A DNA stretch of 64,000 bases from an uncultured bacterium (lineage in GTDB: Bacteria > SAR324 > NAC60-12): the NCBI GenBank assembly GCA_965662845.1, contig CBFIJD010000005.1:32001-96000 (forward strand), written 5' to 3'. The position numbers were made by a program, and so were the translations under genes. Of this stretch, positions 57,659-64,000 are shown one piece after another. Below the pieces are notes generated by a model. The model did not search any database. It had not been told where the DNA came from and was given only the letters and a program-made list of their open reading frames with translations. Position 1 is the first letter of the stretch, and every line of letters begins with the position of its first letter.

Positions 57659-60562
57659 CTAGGGGCTAGCTGCGAGTTTTAATCCGACAGGTAGTTCATC
57701 ACCAAACAACCAGTTCTGCAAGCCGCTTTGTGACGTGTTTGTATCATCAGCGAAGCCATCTCGGAGCAATCGCTCCAACCGGCCGTCTTCGTCAAAAGGC
57801 GCCACGTAGTCGAGCAGGCGCTGGCGAAGTTCACCAGAGACATCCCGATGTCGGTCATCTACGAACTGCGCGATCTGGCTGAGAATTAATGGCAATTCGC
57901 CTGCAAACAGCAAACTCTCGGCCCGCAAGAGCCACTCCACCCATGCCGTCGCGACGGTCGGGCTGACGACGTGAAGGGGGCTGCCATGCAGTAACTTCCG
58001 CGCACCCAGCCGCGCCAAACACCAGCCTTCGATGCCTGTGCTTTTGCCTTGTCGCAAACGCTCGAACAGCTGCTCGCCAAGCTTCACTTTTCGCTCTGCG
58101 GAGACTTCTTCCAGACTCGCAGCCAGCAACCAAAGCTCGTTCAAAGCGGCAGGAGACGTTGTTGTCTTTTTGGCGCCTTTGCCCTTCGCAGGCTTCGCGC
58201 CACGGGTTTTTTTCGCTGCTTCTCGCAGCCGTGCTTCCAGCTTATCTAAGATGGCTTCTTGAGTCGGAGCAGGGAGGCCCGCCGCAACGCGACGGCAAAA
58301 AATCCACCACTCGACCTCTACCGTGCGTTCGTCTTTGAAGTGAGGCCCCTGCGCGAGCCATTCGCTCACTTGCCGCATCCGCCATTCATCTTGAGGAAAA
58401 CCAAACCCTGGGCGCAAACAAAAGCCCGCGACCTTGAGCCAGTTGAGTTCATGGGGCATCGAGCGAATGCGGGTACTCATCCCTGCCAGCATCTGGTCAC
58501 CGATTGCCCGCAGCAGGGGCAACGACCACTCCGCCCGAGGCTGCTGCAAGTCGCCCTCCAGTTGCTTGTAGAGGCTCGTCAGGCGGCCTTCGTGCTTCTT
58601 CTTGCCATACCACACTTTGAGCGTAGTGACTGCAGTCTCCCACTCTGCCGGAGGTTCCCAGTTGTGGAGATCATCCGGCAACGTCGGCTGGCTGTCTGCG
58701 GATCCGTCAGCGGGATCGCGGATGCGAAACTCTAACTTCCACTCTTGCTCTAAGGCTGGACTGAAACAGACGAGACTGAGCGTACCAATCTCGTTGAGTC
58801 GTGCCCGCAAGAGGATTTGGAGCTGTTTTGCTTTTTTGGGGAGACGATTTTTGTCAACAGAGATGAACGTCTGAATTGGGGGAAGGGTAGTAAAAGACTC
58901 CTCAAACTCTGCCTCTGTGGGTTGCAGCAGCGCGCCGGTGGCATCGTGACCCCGCACACTAGAGGCGCATAGTTCAAACTGAACTGGTTGATTGATCGTT
59001 AGTTCGAGTGGGCGATCTTCTACGTCATAAGTTTGGTCGAGGGCCGCTTGTTGTGGCAACACGCACAGCCATGCCCGCTCTGTCAAACGCTTGGAGGCTC
59101 CCTCAAGCAACAGCGACACGTAATAGCTCCGCGCGCTGCCACCGGCGATGCGCAAAGCGCTCCCTTCACGCGCCAAGTGAAACGACGCCGCACCGCGAGC
59201 GACGGCCAAGTGCATGCTCCCGCTCTGAAGCACGCGGACTTCTCGCTGCGCGGCTCCAAGCACTTTTTCTCGCCACGCGGCTAGCTGTGTCTGGAGGCGC
59301 TGTTGAAGCAGGGGGGGCTCCAGCGTTCCCCCGTTGAACAAAATGCAACTGGGAAAGTCTTCTGGTCGCTGGGCTTCCTTCCAATGTGTGCGCAAGAAAT
59401 GCAGCAGATGTCGGGTGATCGCCGGGTCTTGTGCATAAGGCAGCCCGATGGTGCGCAGCCCCTGTTTGGCGTGTGTGGGCGAGTTGGCTTCCCAGCCCAA
59501 TTCGGGGAAAAAACCATCGAGGACGACCTTCTCAAGTTGGGCGAGGGTCAGCTCAAAAGTGCGCGTGCGCCCAATCAGACGACTTCCTCTCTCTGCAATG
59601 GTCACCGGGAACTGTGTGTTCTCTCCGCTCAACAACGCTTCCTTGGCGCGGCGGCACTGTCCAACGAGGGCTTCCCACAAACGAGGTGACAGCTTGCGTT
59701 GCTCGCCGGTCAACTCCAACTCGACGAACGCAGCTAAGGCTAAGTCAACGTTGTCTCCCCCAAGCAAAATGTGGTCACTGACCGCGACTCGCTCCAGCTC
59801 TGGTGCGCTGGTCGCATCTGTGGGAAAGCGCACTTTCACGAGGCTAAAGTCGCTAGTCCCCCCTCCCACATCAATCACGATGACGGTGCTCTCGTCGGTA
59901 GTGAATTGCTCTCGCAGTGGGCCATACGTCCCTTGTTGCGGGTGTTCGGCGAGCCACGCGTAGAACGCGGCCTGCGGCTCCTCTAGCAGCACAACATGCT
60001 TCAGGCCTGCGGCTTCTACGGCGGCCAGCGTGTGCTCTCGCGCGGCTTCGTCAAAAGAAGCGGGCACCGTCAACACCAGCTCTTGCTCTTCAAAGCGCCA
60101 CTCTGGCGTGGCTTGGGCCATTTCGTGGTTCCACGCATCGCGAAAGTGTTGCAGCAACAGCGCACTCACCTCCACAGGTGAAAAACGCTGCACATCGGGC
60201 TGATCGATCTGTGGCAGAATCTTCGCGCGGGGATTCAAGCTGTGATAGCAAAGCCATGACTTCGCGGAGTGGACATTGTTGCCTGGCCGCAGCGACTGTT
60301 GTTGTCGCGCCCACTCTCCTAATGCCCACGCGGGATTCTCGAGTTGCCACGGCAAACGCAGTCTCCCTGATTGGGCTTCTTCTGAGGTCAGCAAATAAAG
60401 ATGAGACGGCAGCGTAGGGCGCGCTTGCAGCTCGCCTAAACCAATCCATTGTGGGACTTCAAAGAGGTGCAGCTCATGCGTCATGTCCTCTCGATCAAGG
60501 TAGTACAGCGCACTGTTGCTAGTTCCAAGGTCTAAACCGAGACGAAAACGAGTCGTAGGCAT
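57659..60562 (-). CDS. Atypical large Hsp70-family protein with DUF3731-like C-terminus
   Basis: GLDLGTSNS, SAKSWL, TVPASFDE, EEPQAA, DVGGGTSD, LLGGDN.D; C-terminal GFCLRPGFG..D.WR and R.AAGL. Confidence 0.88.
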   Translation of the reverse strand: MPTTRFRLGLDLGTSNSALYYLDREDMTHELHLFEVPQWIGLGELQARPTLPSHLYLLTSEEAQSGRLRLPWQLENPAWALGEWARQQQSLRPGNNVHSAKSWLCYHSLNPRAKILPQIDQPDVQRFSPVEVSALLLQHFRDAWNHEMAQATPEWRFEEQELVLTVPASFDEAAREHTLAAVEAAGLKHVVLLEEPQAAFYAWLAEHPQQGTYGPLREQFTTDESTVIVIDVGGGTSDFSLVKVRFPTDATSAPELERVAVSDHILLGGDNVDLALAAFVELELTGEQRKLSPRLWEALVGQCRRAKEALLSGENTQFPVTIAERGSRLIGRTRTFELTLAQLEKVVLDGFFPELGWEANSPTHAKQGLRTIGLPYAQDPAITRHLLHFLRTHWKEAQRPEDFPSCILFNGGTLEPPLLQQRLQTQLAAWREKVLGAAQREVRVLQSGSMHLAVARGAASFHLAREGSALRIAGGSARSYYVSLLLEGASKRLTERAWLCVLPQQAALDQTYDVEDRPLELTINQPVQFELCASSVRGHDATGALLQPTEAEFEESFTTLPPIQTFISVDKNRLPKKAKQLQILLRARLNEIGTLSLVCFSPALEQEWKLEFRIRDPADGSADSQPTLPDDLHNWEPPAEWETAVTTLKVWYGKKKHEGRLTSLYKQLEGDLQQPRAEWSLPLLRAIGDQMLAGMSTRIRSMPHELNWLKVAGFCLRPGFGFPQDEWRMRQVSEWLAQGPHFKDERTVEVEWWIFCRRVAAGLPAPTQEAILDKLEARLREAAKKTRGAKPAKGKGAKKTTTSPAALNELWLLAASLEEVSAERKVKLGEQLFERLRQGKSTGIEGWCLARLGARKLLHGSPLHVVSPTVATAWVEWLLRAESLLFAGELPLILSQIAQFVDDRHRDVSGELRQRLLDYVAPFDEDGRLERLLRDGFADDTNTSQSGLQNWLFGDELPVGLKLAASP

Positions 60563-60610
60563 GCAGGCAAATTTGTGGGAGTTGAAAGCAGGCAAAAGCG
60601 GATGAAGAGC

Positions 60611-60626
60611 GCAGAAGATGTGCCAA
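60611..60626 (-). promoter_or_regulatory. Putative sigma54 promoter upstream of the Hsp70-like gene
   Basis: Minus strand TTGGCACATCTTCTGC with GG-N10-GC spacing, ~50 nt above ATG 60562. Confidence 0.5.
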
Positions 60627-60849
60627 CCTAGATGAAACGATCGCGCAGAGCGTTCTGCATTAACCTACTCAAACGAAGGCCTTGTGCCAAGGTTGCAGAC
60701 AAATTTAACGATTGCTCTCGTGTGTGCTTATCTGAACAATGTTATTTTGTTTTGAGCTTTTCGCGCGCCAAGGTTTGAACTTTTACGACATTCGTGAAAT
60801 AACAACCGACCTTTTTGCGTCTACCAAAATTCCAACGAAGGTCTCCCCA

Positions 60850-62886
60850 ATGAAGAAATTTCTGTTGCTCGTACTGCTGGTGTGCGGACTGACCAGTCCC
60901 GTAGCCGCAGCGCCAGAAGACAAACTCAATCAGGCAGTGGTGCGCGGGATTGTGGAGCGGTTTACCTCGCTACACTACTCCCAGCAGGAACTCGACGACG
61001 AGATTTCTCGCAAAATATTCAAGCTGTACCTGAACTCGCTCGACTCTGGGCACTACTATTTTTTGGAGTCGGATATTCAAGAGTTCTCTCGCTCGGAGAC
61101 ACGCATCGACAATATGTTACGGCGCGGCGATGTGTCATGGGCGATGGACGTGTTCACGCGATTTCAGACTCGCTTGGCCGAACGCCGGGACATGACCACA
61201 GAGTTCATGCAGGAAGAGTTTGACTTCACCAAAGACGCACAGTGGCGCATCGATCGCGAACAAGAGCCTTACCCCACCACCCAAGACGAAGCGCGGAACA
61301 TCTGGCGTACCAAAACCAAATTTGACCTCCTGACCCTGAAATTAGCAGGCAACACCGAAGAAGAAGCCAAGGAGAGACTGCTGAAGCGTATCGGCTCGAT
61401 CTGGAAAGATTATGCTCAATACACAGATGACGATATCATCAGCCTCTACCTGAACGCCCTCACCCGCGCCTACGATCCACACTCCACCTACATGGGCGCA
61501 GAAGACCTCAAGAATTTTGATATTTCGATCAAACTTTCGTTGGAAGGCATCGGCGCTGTGCTGCGCTGGGAAGACGGCTACACAGTCGTGAACTCGGTGA
61601 TCCCTGGAGGCGCAGCGGCCCGCCACGGCAAACTCGCTGTAGACGACCGAATCATCGCGGTGGCGCAAGAAAACGAACCTTTCGAAAGCGTCGTCGACAT
61701 GCGCCTGAATGATGTCGTGAACCTGATCCGAGGAGAGCGCGGAACCACCGTCCGTCTGCAAGTGATGCGCAAAAACGAGAAGGGCTTTGACACCCTGCGC
61801 TTCGCGATTGTGCGCGACAAGATTGTGCTCAAAGACGGAGAGGCCAAAGCCAATATCTTCCAGCCACAGGCCAACGCCGAAGATGAGACCTTCCCCTCAG
61901 CTTATCGCATTGGGGTGATTCAGCTGCCCTCCTTTTACGTTGACTTCAACGATCGGCGACAAAATCCACGCAACTACAAGAGCTCTTCCCGTGATGTGAA
62001 GCGTCACCTAGAGGATTTCAAAGAGAAGGGGGTGGACGGAGTGATTCTTGACCTGCGCAACAACGGCGGGGGTGGGCTGGACGAAGCGATCACCATGGCG
62101 GGCTTGTTCGTAGGCCGAAAGCCGATCGTCGTAGTCCGACAAGCCAGTGGGGCACGACTCACTGTGCATCGCAGCCGAGAAGAAGCCGTCTATGAAGGGC
62201 CGCTACTGATTTTGACAAACCGCTTTAGCGCCTCCGCCTCGGAAATTCTCGCGGGTGCGATGCACGACTACCAACGCGCCATTTTAGTGGGCGACCGCAC
62301 CAGCTTCGGCAAAGGCACCGTCCAAAATATTGTTCAATTGCCGGAAGGATACGGCGCGCTCAAGGTGACCATCGCGCAGTTCTACCGCGTCTCAGGCTGG
62401 TCTACCCAAAACCGAGGTGTGGAGACCGATATCATCCTGCCGTCAATCAACAATGTTCGTGAAGTCGGCGAATCAACGCTGGAGCACGCCTTGCCTTGGA
62501 AGGCGATCTCACCCATCACGTATGAACCGGTCGGTAATGTTCGACGTCACCTCACCGAGCTGCAGCAACGCTCTCAAAATCGACTCGCCGCCGCCGCGGA
62601 CTTTCAAGAGATTCAAGGAAACGTCAAAGAGTTTTTGGCGAACGTCAAGCCGCTGGAATATACTAGCATCCTCAAGATGCAAGAAGATGCAGAAGAGCGC
62701 AGAGCGAAGCGCGACAGCGAATTGGCTAACGCTGTAGAAAGCGGTGCTTCTTCATCGGAAGATGTAGAAGAGACCGCATCCTCCAACGATCCTGAAGCGA
62801 TCACCAAAGACACCTATCTTCAGGAAAGTATGGCGATTTTAGAAGATTACATTCGCCTACAGCAGCGCGTGGAGTACCGTAAGTAA
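60850..62886 (+). CDS. prc: Tail-specific (carboxy-terminal processing) protease
   Basis: Signal peptide; DPHSTY, LEGIGA, PDZ, DLRNNGGG, SASASEI and GKGTVQ. Confidence 0.95.
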   Translation: MKKFLLLVLLVCGLTSPVAAAPEDKLNQAVVRGIVERFTSLHYSQQELDDEISRKIFKLYLNSLDSGHYYFLESDIQEFSRSETRIDNMLRRGDVSWAMDVFTRFQTRLAERRDMTTEFMQEEFDFTKDAQWRIDREQEPYPTTQDEARNIWRTKTKFDLLTLKLAGNTEEEAKERLLKRIGSIWKDYAQYTDDDIISLYLNALTRAYDPHSTYMGAEDLKNFDISIKLSLEGIGAVLRWEDGYTVVNSVIPGGAAARHGKLAVDDRIIAVAQENEPFESVVDMRLNDVVNLIRGERGTTVRLQVMRKNEKGFDTLRFAIVRDKIVLKDGEAKANIFQPQANAEDETFPSAYRIGVIQLPSFYVDFNDRRQNPRNYKSSSRDVKRHLEDFKEKGVDGVILDLRNNGGGGLDEAITMAGLFVGRKPIVVVRQASGARLTVHRSREEAVYEGPLLILTNRFSASASEILAGAMHDYQRAILVGDRTSFGKGTVQNIVQLPEGYGALKVTIAQFYRVSGWSTQNRGVETDIILPSINNVREVGESTLEHALPWKAISPITYEPVGNVRRHLTELQQRSQNRLAAAADFQEIQGNVKEFLANVKPLEYTSILKMQEDAEERRAKRDSELANAVESGASSSEDVEETASSNDPEAITKDTYLQESMAILEDYIRLQQRVEYRK

Positions 62887-63428
62887 TGAGCAATCCGTCC
62901 GAGTTTCCTGACGCAAGCACGCTCCCGACTCTTCTCTCCATGTCCCAAATTCAGCGACGAACTCAAGAATTAGGACGCACGATCAGCCAAGACTACGAGC
63001 ACAGCGAGATACCGATTGTGCTCTTGGGGGTGCTCAAGGGAGCATTCATGTTTTGTTCTGATCTAGCGCGCGCGCTAGAGATCCCTTGCTGCATTGAGTT
63101 CGTGCAGGCTTCCAGCTACAAAAACCAAAAAACGAGCGCCGGCATCGTTCACCTCTCGGATCTACCCGAACTCCGTGGCCAGCACGTCATCATTGTGGAA
63201 GATATTCTCGACACGGGCCTAACGCTGCACGAAATCCTCAAGCATCTACAAAGTTTGCAACCCGCCTCGCTCGAAGTTTGCACGCTGCTGCGCAAAGACG
63301 TGCCTCGTGAGGTCGACATCGTCCCCAAGTATGTCGGCTTTGAGATCCCCAATCGCTTTGTGATTGGCTACGGCCTAGACTATGCCGAACGCTACCGCGA
63401 GGTTCCCGAAATTCGCTGCCTCGACTGA
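62886..63428 (+). CDS. hpt: Hypoxanthine phosphoribosyltransferase
   Basis: VLKGAF.F..DL, IVEDILDTG.T and FVIGYGLDY motifs. Confidence 0.96.
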   Translation: MSNPSEFPDASTLPTLLSMSQIQRRTQELGRTISQDYEHSEIPIVLLGVLKGAFMFCSDLARALEIPCCIEFVQASSYKNQKTSAGIVHLSDLPELRGQHVIIVEDILDTGLTLHEILKHLQSLQPASLEVCTLLRKDVPREVDIVPKYVGFEIPNRFVIGYGLDYAERYREVPEIRCLD

Positions 63429-63451
63429 TCAACCCCTTTGCAAAATTCCGC

Positions 63452-63727
63452 ATGAGTGTCAAAATTCGTCCTAACTGGAACTTCGCCTCGCAAGAAGAGG
63501 CTAATCAACTCTTACTGCAACTCTCCCTAGAAAATCGCGCCTACCTCGAAGCGATCTTGCACAATTTGGCCTATCTGACCGCCAAACAAACGGACGCCGA
63601 AATGGATACGGTGCTACAGGCTCTGTGGCAGCAAGTCGGCGAGACGGGAGGCCGCAAATTTGAAGAGTTACGCAAGGACTATCATGGAACCGCAGACCAA
63701 CAGACGGCACCGGACGACGCCCAATAA
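63452..63727 (+). CDS. Small hypothetical protein
   Basis: Co-oriented 91-aa helical ORF after hpt. Confidence 0.55.
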   Translation: MSVKIRPNWNFASQEEANQLLLQLSLENRAYLEAILHNLAYLTAKQTDAEMDTVLQALWQQVGETGGRKFEELRKDYHGTADQQTAPDDAQ

Positions 63728-64000
63728 GTTTATCTCCTTCCTCTGCTTCGGCGCGCTTTGCGCGTCTCCTGCTCTCGCCGTCGACATCGACACCGAAAAA
63801 ATCAAAGACACCTCGCTTCAAGTTTGGGAGACCTCTCGCGACACCGTAGGAGAAGTCAGTACGCAAGCTGCCGAAGTTTGGAAAGATTCTGCGCCAATGC
63901 GGGAAAAGCTCTCAGAGAAAGCCGCCGTCGGTTGGGAGAAAACGAAAGAGTGGACGGGCGACACTTACGACGTGCTGCAAGAGAACGCGGGAGAAGGCTC
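63684..64000 (+). CDS. Partial secreted protein with Trp-periodic amphipathic repeats (runs off the window)
   Basis: Open frame MEPQTNRR...FISFLCFGALCASPALA-VDIDTEKIKDTSLQVWETSRD...AEVWKDS...GWEKTKEWTGD; not in the ORF track. Confidence 0.65.
   Translation, partial: MEPQTNRRHRTTPNKFISFLCFGALCASPALAVDIDTEKIKDTSLQVWETSRDTVGEVSTQAAEVWKDSAPMREKLSEKAAVGWEKTKEWTGDTYDVLQENAGEG

Noticed and set aside
1..64000. CRISPR arrays, rRNA, tRNA, IS elements, prophage, reverse transcriptase
   Set aside because: I recognised no regularly spaced repeats, RNA-gene signatures, or transposase, integrase, phage or RT motifs by eye; short or degenerate elements could be missed.

Overview
Mostly core bacterial chromosome, with GC in the mid-to-high 50s % by eye. 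Gene content and style suggest a deltaproteobacterium-like marine lineage such as SAR324; this is an inference, not a search result. The first ~3.4 kb is more AT-rich and looks like the edge of an alpha-carboxysome/CO2-concentrating locus. It holds the unannotated 3' end of an McdB-like gene (ending ...RVWPD*), a NUDIX hydrolase, CsoS1D and a BicA-type SulP transporter. The rest holds an ATPase-less liv ABC cluster coupled to lipoprotein/TPR genes, a candidate 6S-like RNA, three orphan histidine kinases (one frameshifted) and a rhodanese-SoxH-like fusion. It also holds a tail-less FtsZ at the head of an ftsZ-bpt-moaC-ftsL-ftsI operon behind a sigma54-like promoter, deaD, carB, a 1245-aa class I adenylate-cyclase-like nucleotidyltransferase with a ~280-aa insertion plus an unknown partner gene, two ClpS paralogues, clpA, cysE, an atypical Hsp70, prc and hpt. 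Several enzymes carry degenerate active sites. I saw no rRNA, tRNA, CRISPR array or IS element. All family calls come from motif recognition by eye.
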